Source: an uncultured Gammaproteobacteria bacterium
GTDB taxonomy: Bacteria; Patescibacteriota; Patescibacteriia; Magasanikbacterales; GWA2-37-8
Length of the DNA stretch: 64,000 nt
Direction of reading: 5' to 3'
Assembly (NCBI GenBank): GCA_964496095.1
Contig: CAZBWU010000002.1
Location: 79,595-143,594 of the forward strand
The notes beneath the pieces were generated by a model, which saw nothing but the letters and a program-made list of their open reading frames with translations, did no database searches and was not told the DNA's origin. Positions 1-9,183 of the stretch are shown piece after piece. The first letter of the stretch is position 1; every line of letters starts with the position of its first letter. A program made the position numbers and the translations under genes.

Positions 1-50
1 ACGCTATCATGTTTCAAAGATTTCAATTGTCTGATTAATTCTTTTGACAT
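1..50 (-). CDS. 5' fragment of a gene running off the window (MSKELIRQLKSLKHDS...), possibly the anti-sigma partner of the ECF sigma
   Basis: ATG at 50, 5 nt after the sigma stop, open to the window edge. Function is inferred from position only. Confidence 0.4.
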   Translation of the reverse strand, partial: MSKELIRQLKSLKHDS

Positions 51-55
51 AACTT

Positions 56-655
56 TTATATTTGATCCCCCGCGTCGAGCGGGGTCCCGCCGTTGCGGGA
101 CAAAATTTCTTTTAATTTTTTTAAACCTCTGTGTAAAGTGACTCTGATAGCGATATGGCCTTTGCCTGTGATGACTGCTATCTCTCCTATCTCAAGTTCA
201 TCTACATACCGGAGCGTCACAACCTCTCTGTATTCTTGTTTTAACTTTTGTAATGCCGTTGTAATTTTTTGTACTTCGATTTTATCACCAATTTGTTTTG
301 TAAAGTCCTGCGCAAAAACTTCCTTATCCCCCATTTCTTTTTCCAAAATTTCATCAGTTGAAATAGTTTTCTTATGAGTTGCTTTTGTTCGATACAAATC
401 AATCACACAATTTCGCGCCAACTTGTAGAGCAAGCCACTAAAACTTTCTATCTCTTTTTTTTCATTTATATATCTCCAAGCTTTAAGAAAAACTTCAGAA
501 GTAATATCTTCAGCTTCTTCTCGATTGGAAACTTTAAAAAAGACAAAGCTATAGATTCGTTTGGCATAGATGTCGTATAGCTGAGCGAAAGCTTCAGGAT
601 CTTCCTTTGTCCGAAGCTTGAAGAGTAGGATTTTTTCGGAAATTTTAATGGACAT
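56..655 (-). CDS. ECF-type RNA polymerase sigma-70 factor
   Basis: Region 2 (AEDITSEVFLKAW, LYKLARNCVIDLYR) and region 4 HTH (L..YREVVTLRY..EL...EIA..G......V.LHRG). Regions 1.2 and 3 are absent. Confidence 0.93.
   Translation of the reverse strand: MSIKISEKILLFKLRTKEDPEAFAQLYDIYAKRIYSFVFFKVSNREEAEDITSEVFLKAWRYINEKKEIESFSGLLYKLARNCVIDLYRTKATHKKTISTDEILEKEMGDKEVFAQDFTKQIGDKIEVQKITTALQKLKQEYREVVTLRYVDELEIGEIAVITGKGHIAIRVTLHRGLKKLKEILSRNGGTPLDAGDQI
68..101. repeat. Twin GC-rich hairpin micro-repeat inside the sigma 3' end
   Basis: CCCCGC-gtcga-GCGGGG (68-84) and GTCCCGC-cgtt-GCGGGAC (84-101) in an AT-rich background. Confidence 0.6.
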
Positions 656-741
656 TATATTAACAATGTTAATATAATATGTCGTTTGAAGAAGGATTAA
701 AATATTGTAATTTTAGCCATTCTTCTCCCCACACACTATAG

Positions 742-769
742 TAGACGTAGAAACCTGAATAATGTTACA
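742..769 (-). promoter_or_regulatory. ECF-type (SigM/W/X-like) promoter, probably autoregulatory
   Basis: Minus strand TGTAAC(769-764)-N16-CGTCTA(747-742), upstream of the ECF sigma gene. Confidence 0.7.
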
Positions 770-950
770 GTCCTATTAATACGACCTAACCGAACAAATT
801 GAATGGTAATTATTTTAGCAAAATAAGGCCTAAGAGTCAAATCTAAGCAACATATAATAAGCAACAAATTTTGATCATAAAAAATAATAAATCCTCTACT
901 AAACAAGGGTTAAAAAACAAAATACCCATAAAATTTTTATAGTCTATGAA

Positions 951-1142
951 TTTGTATACACTAGCGTATACAAACAATAAAAGTCGTAAATTTTAAAGAT
1001 ATACTTATAAAATAAGAGCTTTTTATCTTAAATTGTATACACTAGTGTATACAATTTATACATTTAATAAATAGTCTCATTTGACTTAATATTGACAAAA
1101 ACTAAAAAATATGCTATATTTGTCTATACTAATCTATACAAA
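951..1142. promoter_or_regulatory. Three related palindromic sites, consensus TTGTATACACTAGTGTATACAA
   Basis: 951-974 (one mismatch), 1029-1058 (perfect 30-bp palindrome), 1119-1142 (4 mismatches, overlaps -10/+1). Confidence 0.75.
1092..1120 (+). promoter_or_regulatory. Sigma70 promoter of the HTH gene
   Basis: TTGACA(1092-1097)-N17-TATATT(1115-1120) with extended -10 TG. Confidence 0.75.
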
Positions 1143-1150
1143 TAAAGTAT

Positions 1151-1504
1151 ATGGATCAGAACCCATCACCTGATAAGCAAAAAGAGGTAATTAGAGTTTC
1201 AATCTCTGAAGCAGCCAAGTTGTTTGGTGTTAATGCCCAGACCATCAGAAGGGCTATAACTGCCAAAGAAGTCATCTATATAGTGGTGGCCGGCAGATAC
1301 AAGCTAAACTTTGAAAGCCTGGTGAAATGGTCCCAAAGACATACTACCATCAAAAACAAACTAGAGAATAAAGGTATAGGCCAATTCATCGGCCACTGGA
1401 AGATAAAGAACCCGCTCTACTCCCCTAACCCAAAGATTGTCCCTCCTAAAGAACCCTCCCCAGATACAGAAACACCCAAAGAAAACGAAGAAAATTCCAT
1501 CTAA
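1151..1504 (+). CDS. Excisionase-like (HTH_17/MerR-type) DNA-binding protein
   Basis: VSISEAAKLFGVNAQTIRRAI...GRYKL winged-HTH motif. Confidence 0.8.
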   Translation: MDQNPSPDKQKEVIRVSISEAAKLFGVNAQTIRRAITAKEVIYIVVAGRYKLNFESLVKWSQRHTTIKNKLENKGIGQFIGHWKIKNPLYSPNPKIVPPKEPSPDTETPKENEENSI

Positions 1505-1533
1505 AATCCTCTGCCAAAAACAGAGGATTTTTT
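1503..1533 (+). terminator. Intrinsic terminator
   Basis: AAAATCCTCTG-ccaaaaa-CAGAGGATTTT plus T run, directly after the stop. Confidence 0.75.
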
Positions 1534-1557
1534 AATTAAAAAATCCTAAAAATAGGA

Positions 1558-1586
1558 TTGTTAAATTCAAATAAAAGTTGTATACT
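1558..1586 (+). promoter_or_regulatory. Sigma70 promoter
   Basis: TTGTTA-N17-TATACT upstream of the ATG at 1610. Confidence 0.5.
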
Positions 1587-1609
1587 AACTATTATTGAAC
1601 TAGTAAAAT

Positions 1610-3355
1610 ATGATTAAGTTTTTAAAAAATCATTACCACACAAAATACCACGGCGTTTACCAGCATGCCAAAAAATTATTTGTTTTTGATCTTGCTCTTT
1701 TGTTTACTGCGATTGCCATGTTGGCAGGAAGCGTCTTTTTATTTTTTTGGAAACCAAGTCTGGTTGACCTGATAGACCTATCTATTTCACTTGGAGGTAA
1801 GAGAATCAAAAGCGGTGAACAAGTTCAACTGACTATAAACTTTATCAACAAGAGCAAGCAAAAGTTAACCGACGTTTCTCTGGGTATAAAACTCCCTGAA
1901 GGGTTCGTTGTGGATAGAAACAAAACTCCAAACGAAACTTTCTCAGACCATTCTATTTTTACTTCCATCAAAGAAATTCCCGCTGGCGCATCTGGACAAG
2001 TAGAAGTCGCCGGACAACTCTGGTTAGAACCAAAAAAAGAAGAAAGGATTATCGCCAACTTATCTTACCGACCAGACAATAAAACCAATCGTGAACAAAA
2101 GTTTTCTTCCTTACTTGCCAACTTGAACGAGAGTGTATTGACTAGCGCCCTAGTTTTTCCTAGTTCAACTTTTGCCAACTCCCCTACTAAGTTTGCTTAT
2201 ACTTTAAAAAATACTGGCGACCAAACCATTGAAAATATCAGTCTCGTAAATAATTGGAACAAAAACATTATCAAGGATAAAGATGGCGCAAAAATTTCTC
2301 TAGCTCCTGATGCTTCCAAAACAATAGAAGGTGAAATTACAACTCCTAACAAGTCCGGAGACTATACCTTCACTATCACACCCCAAATTCTTGCCAACAA
2401 CCATACCATCTCCCAATCAAGCGCAAGCCAAAATTTCAAAGTCCTTGTCCCTCAAATTGACGCCAGTGCCAGATTGGTAGAAGCTGTCGCCTATGGAGAA
2501 CCTGGACAGATGATTCCAGTAGAAGTAAGCTGGGAAAATAAAAGCAACTTCAAACTTGAAAATATTTCGCTACATCTGACAGCCAACTTGGCCGGAGTAG
2601 TAGATTGGAAAAAAACCGCCACTGAAAATAATGCCAAATTTGAGACTAACGGTATATTTTTTGACCACAACTCACGCACCAGCCTCAGTAGTGGCGCCCC
2701 AAATATTCCTGACACATTTAAAGTCAACCTATACCTACTTAAAACATTTAGCTTGTCTGGAGTAGAAAAAGCCAGACTAGAAATATACCCAATAGTAAAG
2801 GCAGGGTCAGGAGAAATTTCCGCACCACAATTTAGCCAAAAAGGATCCTCATCAGGTTTTCCTCTGGCTACAGAAGTCAAATTCACCAACGTCGAAGCTA
2901 GATACTATACCGACGAAGGCGACCAGCTTGGACGCGGACCATTACCACCAAAAGTAGATAAAACAACTAAGTACTGGGTCTTTGTTAAAATCCTTAACAC
3001 CTCAAATATTATAAACGACGCTGTCTTCCGAACTTCTCTTCCTGAAGGCGTGGAATTTACAGGCAAGCAAAGCACTACTATCGGCCCGCAACTAAAATAT
3101 AACCCTGCTGACCACAGCATTTCATGGAGCTACTATACTTTGCCTGCCAACAGCAAAACCGGCTTATACTTTGAAGTGGCCGTCACGCCAAACAGTTCTC
3201 AAGTTGGACAAAACATCCGCCTTACAAATAGCCTCATCTTTTCCGCAACAGACGAATTTATTGGTAAAAAATTCAACCTCATTCAATCGCCTGTCACGAA
3301 TCTTCTCAATCCAAATGATGATGGATATGGAATGGGATCAAAGGTGGTGCAATAA
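1610..3355 (+). CDS. Membrane-anchored protein with repeated Ig-like/DUF11-like beta-sandwich domains
   Basis: N-terminal TM helix, repeated 'I.F.N.S...L.DV.L..KLPEGF' modules, C-terminal GRGPLPPKV..TTKYW motif. Confidence 0.6.
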   Translation: MIKFLKNHYHTKYHGVYQHAKKLFVFDLALLFTAIAMLAGSVFLFFWKPSLVDLIDLSISLGGKRIKSGEQVQLTINFINKSKQKLTDVSLGIKLPEGFVVDRNKTPNETFSDHSIFTSIKEIPAGASGQVEVAGQLWLEPKKEERIIANLSYRPDNKTNREQKFSSLLANLNESVLTSALVFPSSTFANSPTKFAYTLKNTGDQTIENISLVNNWNKNIIKDKDGAKISLAPDASKTIEGEITTPNKSGDYTFTITPQILANNHTISQSSASQNFKVLVPQIDASARLVEAVAYGEPGQMIPVEVSWENKSNFKLENISLHLTANLAGVVDWKKTATENNAKFETNGIFFDHNSRTSLSSGAPNIPDTFKVNLYLLKTFSLSGVEKARLEIYPIVKAGSGEISAPQFSQKGSSSGFPLATEVKFTNVEARYYTDEGDQLGRGPLPPKVDKTTKYWVFVKILNTSNIINDAVFRTSLPEGVEFTGKQSTTIGPQLKYNPADHSISWSYYTLPANSKTGLYFEVAVTPNSSQVGQNIRLTNSLIFSATDEFIGKKFNLIQSPVTNLLNPNDDGYGMGSKVVQ

Positions 3356-3359
3356 AACC

Positions 3360-4541
3360 CTACCTCAAAAAATCAATAAAGCTTCTCAGAGTAAACCAAG
3401 TAAAAGTTAAAAAAACAGGCACCCCCAACAACCAGAAATGGTGAAAGCCATAACCCGATGCATCCGCATCCCCTTTTTTGCGCGCCTGAAAACAAACAAA
3501 CACTATCATAATCGCTTCCATAGCTATCAAAACGCCTCCTGAGATGCTTAAAATTGTAATAAATTGACGAAGCCCAGCCATAAACAAAACAATTGGTACA
3601 GAGATAACCAAGAACTCAGAAAAATACCTATTCAATTTGTTATCCCAAATAAAATTTTGTTTTAAGGCAATTCCTGAACCAATAAAGCCTGTACTCATGG
3701 CCAAAATAGCAAAGACATTGCTTATTATCATTACTCCTTGACCAAACCTTTGCCCAAGACCAATAGTAGCAATTTCGGTAGTCTGAAGCCCGGTCGCACC
3801 CACCACTGCCAAAGCAAATAAAACATAAATAGCAACCGGAATAAGAGAACCAATAATCAACGCTTTTTTAAAACTTTTATTATCTCGTGGTAGTAGCGCG
3901 TGAGCCTCTATAACTGCCGACGTGCCATTGAGTGCAAACAAGATAACTCCGTACGGCAAAAATATTTGAGACAAATCAGAATATACCCAAGTGGCCATTT
4001 TGAAATCTTTGAGAATATAAATAGAAAGGCCACAGATTAAAGTCATTACTACCAGACTGAGAATTCTTTCGGCGACTTTGACGGTTTGCAAACCGCGCCA
4101 AACAGCTGTACTAGCTATACCCCAAAAAACCACACTCCAAATAGCAGAACTACCACCAAATAAATTGGCCAGCGACTGACCTTCGCCGGATATATAGGCA
4201 AGCAGTGCGCCGTATGAGCCAAACATAATCATGATATTGATAATAAATTTCGGCCATTTACCCAGATATTTACCAACAAAACCTGTAATCTGCAAAGACT
4301 CACGAGTTCGCACCGCTATTTCTCCTAGTATCAAATTCAAAGCCAACATGATCAAACCAAAAATAATAATATAAGCGAGACCGATTTTGAGACCAACCTG
4401 CGCCACTACATAGGGAATACCCAAAATACCAGCGCCGATAGTCATGCCGGTAATCATAAACACCGCATCAGCGACTGATACGGATTTTTTGTAAACTCCT
4501 TGATGAAGAATTAACTTTTGATTTTCTATTTGATGGTGCAT
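3360..4541 (-). CDS. Aromatic amino acid permease family (TyrP/Mtr-like) transporter
   Basis: ITGMTIGAGILGIPY motif and about 11 TM segments. Start placed at MHHQ (4541). Confidence 0.85.
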   Translation of the reverse strand: MHHQIENQKLILHQGVYKKSVSVADAVFMITGMTIGAGILGIPYVVAQVGLKIGLAYIIIFGLIMLALNLILGEIAVRTRESLQITGFVGKYLGKWPKFIINIMIMFGSYGALLAYISGEGQSLANLFGGSSAIWSVVFWGIASTAVWRGLQTVKVAERILSLVVMTLICGLSIYILKDFKMATWVYSDLSQIFLPYGVILFALNGTSAVIEAHALLPRDNKSFKKALIIGSLIPVAIYVLFALAVVGATGLQTTEIATIGLGQRFGQGVMIISNVFAILAMSTGFIGSGIALKQNFIWDNKLNRYFSEFLVISVPIVLFMAGLRQFITILSISGGVLIAMEAIMIVFVCFQARKKGDADASGYGFHHFWLLGVPVFLTFTWFTLRSFIDFLR

Positions 4542-4629
4542 GGTATAAATTATACCATAAAAAAGAACACTTACATACATCAAAATTTTTGCAAAATCAA
4601 AACAAACAAAGATAAATACTGGTGGGCAA

Positions 4630-5208
4630 CTAAATTTTTTCTACGTTATTAAACTGGCGGTTTTCTAATCGCCAGTATAGAGTTTTAATCTCATCGACTA
4701 ACTCTTGTTTAACCTCTCCCATATTTGCTGGGAGTTCATCCATAAATTGACCAACATCGACAAAAAGATCCCTTGTCATATGAGCACTATCAGGGATAGC
4801 TTCTGAATTTGGCCTGTCAGCAATTTGTTTTAACCTGCCTATTAATGTTTGTATATTTTGCAAAATTATTTCTACTTTTTGGCGTTCCTCAGTAGTGCCA
4901 GAATCTAAAATTTTTCTGGCAGCCTCCATTGCTCCTTGTTCCTTCCCTCTTAAATCACCAACTTTCTCTAGTCCTACAAAAAAATTCTTTGCTGCCACAT
5001 CTTTTTCTAACTGAGCCATTCGTTCTAAAGGTGTACCGACCCTTCCCGTACTTAAATCTCCCGCTCTTTGAGCGCCTCGTGTAATTTCTACCATTTGCCC
5101 TTTTGCATTAGGCACCCTAACTAATTCTCTGTCTGGATCTGCTTCAATATCTATATCTATTTTAAAATCCTCATCTGGTGTATACCCTCCCACAGCTTCT
5201 TTTCCCAT
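4630..5208 (-). CDS. Hypothetical protein
   Basis: 192-aa ORF with its own TTGACA(5284-5279)-N17-TAAACT promoter. No recognised motif. Confidence 0.65.
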   Translation of the reverse strand: MGKEAVGGYTPDEDFKIDIDIEADPDRELVRVPNAKGQMVEITRGAQRAGDLSTGRVGTPLERMAQLEKDVAAKNFFVGLEKVGDLRGKEQGAMEAARKILDSGTTEERQKVEIILQNIQTLIGRLKQIADRPNSEAIPDSAHMTRDLFVDVGQFMDELPANMGEVKQELVDEIKTLYWRLENRQFNNVEKI

Positions 5209-5310
5209 AAAAATATGATTAGTTTTAAATTAAATAATAACATTATTACTTATATAGTTTATTCTCCCTAAAAATTAATGTCAAATAGAACAAACAAGTG
5301 CTAGAGATAT

Positions 5311-5343
5311 AAAAAAGTCACAGCTACTAGCCATGACTTTTTT
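5311..5343 (-). terminator. Intrinsic terminator after the tRNA pair
   Basis: Minus strand GTCATGGCT-agt-AGCTGTGAC-TTTTTT. Confidence 0.7.
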
Positions 5344-5344
5344 G

Positions 5345-5418
5345 TAGGCGCTTAGGGATTCGAACCCTAGACCTCCTCGGTGTAAACGAGGCGCTCTAAC
5401 CAACTGAGCTAAACGCCC
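5345..5418 (-). tRNA. tRNA-Val(TAC)
   Basis: GGGCGTT acceptor, AGCTCAG D-arm, CCTCG-TTTACAC-CGAGG anticodon arm, GGTTCGAATCC. CCA not encoded. Confidence 0.96.
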
Positions 5419-5444
5419 ATTTCTTGATAAATAAACTTGACTTG

Positions 5445-5517
<73 letters not shown>

Positions 5518-5552
5518 AATGGACTTAATTCTATACTAACTTATAAAAATAA

Positions 5553-6626
5553 TCAAGAGACCAGACTATCCACAATAGCCACGACCTTTGCCGGATCTGC
5601 CGGAGGCAAGGTCTTTTTGAGCTGTTTACCTAGGTTTTGCCTGTTCAGGTCTGACTCCATCAAATCTACCACTATCCTGGCTAATTTTAGACCATTATCC
5701 GTTAATTCGTTTAACACAATAGCCGCTTGATTATCGGACAATAATTTCGCATTCACGTCCTGGTGAGTGCCTGAAATAGGCAAAATAATGGCTGGTTTGC
5801 CTAGCGCAGCCAACTCGGTAATAGTTGCAAACCCAGCTCTGGTAATCACAACATCAGCAATCGCATAGGCGTCTTTCATTTCTTCTTTTAAAAACGGATA
5901 GACGTGGTAGTTGGTAAAAACCCCAGTCGCTCTCTCCTGCAAAGCTCTGGGACGTTCTCTACCCACCAGATGAATGATATGCCATTCTCGTGGCCATTTT
6001 GGTAACGCTTCCATCACTAAGTTATTTATACTGCTTGAACCAGTACCTCCGCCCATAGCGAGGATTACCGGCGCGCCATCAGGAACACCAAATTTATTTC
6101 TTGATTCATTTATATTTTTTACTGACAGATCTCGCACTGGATTGCCTATCCATTCGGTTTTGTTTTCTGAAAAAAATAACTGCGTATCACGCAAAGCAGT
6201 GGTTACTTTTTTGGCAATATACGACATTATTTTATTTGCCAAACCCACTTGCGCATCTTGCTGATGCACCCAAGCCGGAATACCAAGAGCAAAAGCGGCA
6301 AAATGAAGCGGAACACTGACAAATCCCCCGGCAGTAATCACAACATCAGGTTTCTTTTGCCATAAAAAAAATAACGACTGAAAAAATCCAAAAAATATTT
6401 TGAAGATATCAAAAAAATTCCAGATGGAAAAATATCGGCGTAATTTGCCCGACATAATGGTAAAAAAAGGAATCCCATATTCGGCAATGAGTTCTTTTTC
6501 CGGGCCATGCTCAGTACCTATCCAAAAAAACTCCGTTTGTGGATTATGTTTTTTGTAGATCTCAGCAACCGCTAAAAGCGGCACTACCGGTCCGAGGGTT
6601 CCTCCGCCGGAGAATAGGATTTTCAT
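5553..6626 (-). CDS. murG: Lipid II GlcNAc transferase MurG (GT28)
   Basis: GGGTLGP, GNPVR, GGGTGS, RAGFATITE, HQ..NA motifs. Confidence 0.92.
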   Translation of the reverse strand: MKILFSGGGTLGPVVPLLAVAEIYKKHNPQTEFFWIGTEHGPEKELIAEYGIPFFTIMSGKLRRYFSIWNFFDIFKIFFGFFQSLFFLWQKKPDVVITAGGFVSVPLHFAAFALGIPAWVHQQDAQVGLANKIMSYIAKKVTTALRDTQLFFSENKTEWIGNPVRDLSVKNINESRNKFGVPDGAPVILAMGGGTGSSSINNLVMEALPKWPREWHIIHLVGRERPRALQERATGVFTNYHVYPFLKEEMKDAYAIADVVITRAGFATITELAALGKPAIILPISGTHQDVNAKLLSDNQAAIVLNELTDNGLKLARIVVDLMESDLNRQNLGKQLKKTLPPADPAKVVAIVDSLVS

Positions 6627-7840
6627 ACATCTGCTTTTTCAAGTTTCTCAATAATTTTATTTAATTCTTTTAAGGCATCATTTAAATCAATTCTACGATG
6701 CCTACCTTTAACATCGACACCGAGTTTAGCTGTCATTTGTTTGTGGAGAAATTTTAAATCACTGTAAAGTTGCTGGTAATCGTATGGGGAAAAAAGTCTT
6801 TTAATAAAATTTCTTGTGTAACCTATAATAATTTCTGGCTGTTGCCAGGCAATTTTTTGCAAAACATCATGTAATACATCACCCAACTGGTAAACCATTT
6901 CAAAAGGGCTAACCCTACCTTTATATTCATCGGTAAAATCTAATAACGCGAATATATAATCTGATTCTTTACCAGGTCCTATACGTGCAGAAACACTCGC
7001 CCCTTTTATTAAAAGGCCTTCTAAATCAAAAAGAAGGCCGTTTTTAAATTTTCTATTTTCATCAAATTCTAGCCCAATATTTGACAGGCTAATATCCTGC
7101 AAAACTAAACCATTACTTGATAAAAAAATAGCTGCTTTCAGGCAATCTTTTACTGCTTTTAAAAAAACTAATACTCTCTCTTTTGTTAATTTTTCAGAAT
7201 TTAAGTATTCCTCTAACGTAATAAAATTTCTGTGCTCTAGAATAGAGCTACTCCTCTCTGAATCATGGGCAATAAAATCTCTAATATTTGGATGTGGTGG
7301 CAGGATTGTGAATTTTTTCAAGGCAAGATTAAAGTTTCTATCAAACTCTTCACTCCATCCTTTTTTATGTTTATATACATACTTTTTTTTAGTCTGTACA
7401 TGTTTTAATTCTCCTATTATACGGTCCTTTTTACCAGCTTGTCCTATCCTACGTTCATAATCTAGAACATACAAATAAAAATCGGTACCAACTCTCTTTC
7501 TCAGCTCATCTAGCAAGGCTTCTCTAATTCTATTTATAACAACCAAGACCTCTACCTTATCTTTTTCATCTAGAACAAAATTGCCGTCTGGATTAGAAAC
7601 ATGTCCGAAAATCTTAATAATTTCAGCATCTCTAAGAGCATCCACAACAATTTTTGCCCTATTTTCATAATCAGAATCAACTTTTTGCTTTTCTATTTCC
7701 TCAGAAATAAAATCAGCATATTTTTGCACACTTGCATGAGGTATAGCCTTCTCGCTGTTAACAAGTTCACGTTCTAAATCTATCTCTTTTGGTACTGGTT
7801 TTGCCAATAAATCACTAAAAAAAGATTGGATTCTTTCCAT
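6623..7840 (-). CDS. Divergent protein-kinase-like protein
   Basis: IGQAG..., YVYK, HPNIRDF, LQDISLSNI (catalytic-loop-like), LFDLEG (DFG-like). Confidence 0.55.
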   Translation of the reverse strand: MERIQSFFSDLLAKPVPKEIDLERELVNSEKAIPHASVQKYADFISEEIEKQKVDSDYENRAKIVVDALRDAEIIKIFGHVSNPDGNFVLDEKDKVEVLVVINRIREALLDELRKRVGTDFYLYVLDYERRIGQAGKKDRIIGELKHVQTKKKYVYKHKKGWSEEFDRNFNLALKKFTILPPHPNIRDFIAHDSERSSSILEHRNFITLEEYLNSEKLTKERVLVFLKAVKDCLKAAIFLSSNGLVLQDISLSNIGLEFDENRKFKNGLLFDLEGLLIKGASVSARIGPGKESDYIFALLDFTDEYKGRVSPFEMVYQLGDVLHDVLQKIAWQQPEIIIGYTRNFIKRLFSPYDYQQLYSDLKFLHKQMTAKLGVDVKGRHRRIDLNDALKELNKIIEKLEKADV

Positions 7841-7843
7841 ATA

Positions 7844-9154
7844 CTAATAATCCTTCAACTTCCCAATAATATCCATATGTTGAATTTTTTCTAGAGCCTT
7901 GGCTTCAATCTGACGAATACGTTCACGGGTGACGTCAAATTCTTGACCTACTTCTTCCAAAGTGTGAGTGACACCATCGGTCAAACCAAAACGCATTTCA
8001 AGAATCTTTTGTTCACGAGGAGACAAGTCTTTAATGGCGTCTTTGACATAATCTTTGAGAATCTGGAGACCAGCCACTCGATCTGGCGACATATTTTTGA
8101 CGTCTTCCACAAAATCTTGCAAAGAAGAATCATCGTCGTCGTCATCGCCCACTGACATTTCCAGTGATACAGTATCTTGAGAAATTTTAATAATATGGTT
8201 AATTTTTTCTACTTCCTCACCCATTTCAGCAGCTAATTCTTCCGGAGTTGGATCACGCCCTAAGTCTTGCAACAAACGACGTTGGACTTGCTGAAAGCGA
8301 TTGATAGTTTCTACCATGTGCACCGGAATACGAATAGTGCGGGACTGATCAGCCAAAGCGCGAGTGATAGCCTGACGAATCCACCAGGTGGCGTAAGTAG
8401 AAAATTTATACCCCTTACGGTAATCAAATTTTTTCACCGCGCGAAACAAACCAATATTTCCTTCTTGAATCAAATCAAGCAAAGACAAAGACTTGCCCAC
8501 AAATTTTTTGGCAATTGAAACTACCAGTCTCAAGTTGGCTTCGATTAATTTTCTGTCTGCCTCTTTATCGCCTCGCTCTTTGCGTTTAGCAAGGGATACT
8601 TCTTCGGCGGCTTTGAGGAGTGGAATTTTTCCGATCTCACGCAAATACATCTGGATTGAGTCTGAAGAAATTTGACCCAAATCAAAAGGCGTATCCATAT
8701 CTGGTTGAGCGCCCTGGAATTGTTTCAAAAGCTCTTTGTTGCCCCCGCGCTGACCCAAGAGATTGCCGGCTGTCTCAACGATAGTGACACCATTCTTGTC
8801 TAGAAGGTCCATAAAGCCCTCATAGAGGTCAAGGTAGCGTTCAGGACGAGAAAAGACACCCTCAACTTCAATTTGGGTAATAAAACCACGCGTACGGCCT
8901 TTGGCCACTAGCGACCAGATGTCTTTTAGGGTTGGTTCGGCAATAATTTCTTCGGGTTCATTTTTTTTACCACCGACTTTGGAGAAGATTTTTTTGTTCT
9001 TAGGGAAAAACTTTTTTCCTACGATTTGTTTTTTTAAATTTTTTACTGACTTAGTTTTGACGACTGCTTTTTTCTCCCTTTCTGGCTTACGCGTATGTTT
9101 AACGCGCAATGGCTTGGAAGACTTACTAGTTGTCCCTCTTTTTTTGACCGACAT
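7844..9154 (-). CDS. rpoD: Primary sigma factor RpoD/SigA
   Basis: [56 protein letters not shown]. Confidence 0.96.
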   Translation of the reverse strand: MSVKKRGTTSKSSKPLRVKHTRKPEREKKAVVKTKSVKNLKKQIVGKKFFPKNKKIFSKVGGKKNEPEEIIAEPTLKDIWSLVAKGRTRGFITQIEVEGVFSRPERYLDLYEGFMDLLDKNGVTIVETAGNLLGQRGGNKELLKQFQGAQPDMDTPFDLGQISSDSIQMYLREIGKIPLLKAAEEVSLAKRKERGDKEADRKLIEANLRLVVSIAKKFVGKSLSLLDLIQEGNIGLFRAVKKFDYRKGYKFSTYATWWIRQAITRALADQSRTIRIPVHMVETINRFQQVQRRLLQDLGRDPTPEELAAEMGEEVEKINHIIKISQDTVSLEMSVGDDDDDDSSLQDFVEDVKNMSPDRVAGLQILKDYVKDAIKDLSPREQKILEMRFGLTDGVTHTLEEVGQEFDVTRERIRQIEAKALEKIQHMDIIGKLKDY

Positions 9155-9183
9155 AGGGGGATTACATGTTTAATTAATTGAAA

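Noticed and set aside
660-1150. Replication origin or dif site in the AT-rich intergenic region
   Set aside because: No DnaA-box cluster, no XerC/D-type consensus that I can recognise, and no adjacent dnaA.
1151-1504. Prophage or ICE suggested by excisionase-like genes (also 59286-59531)
   Set aside because: No integrase, phage or conjugation genes and no tRNA-end duplication are present, so these are treated as stand-alone regulators.
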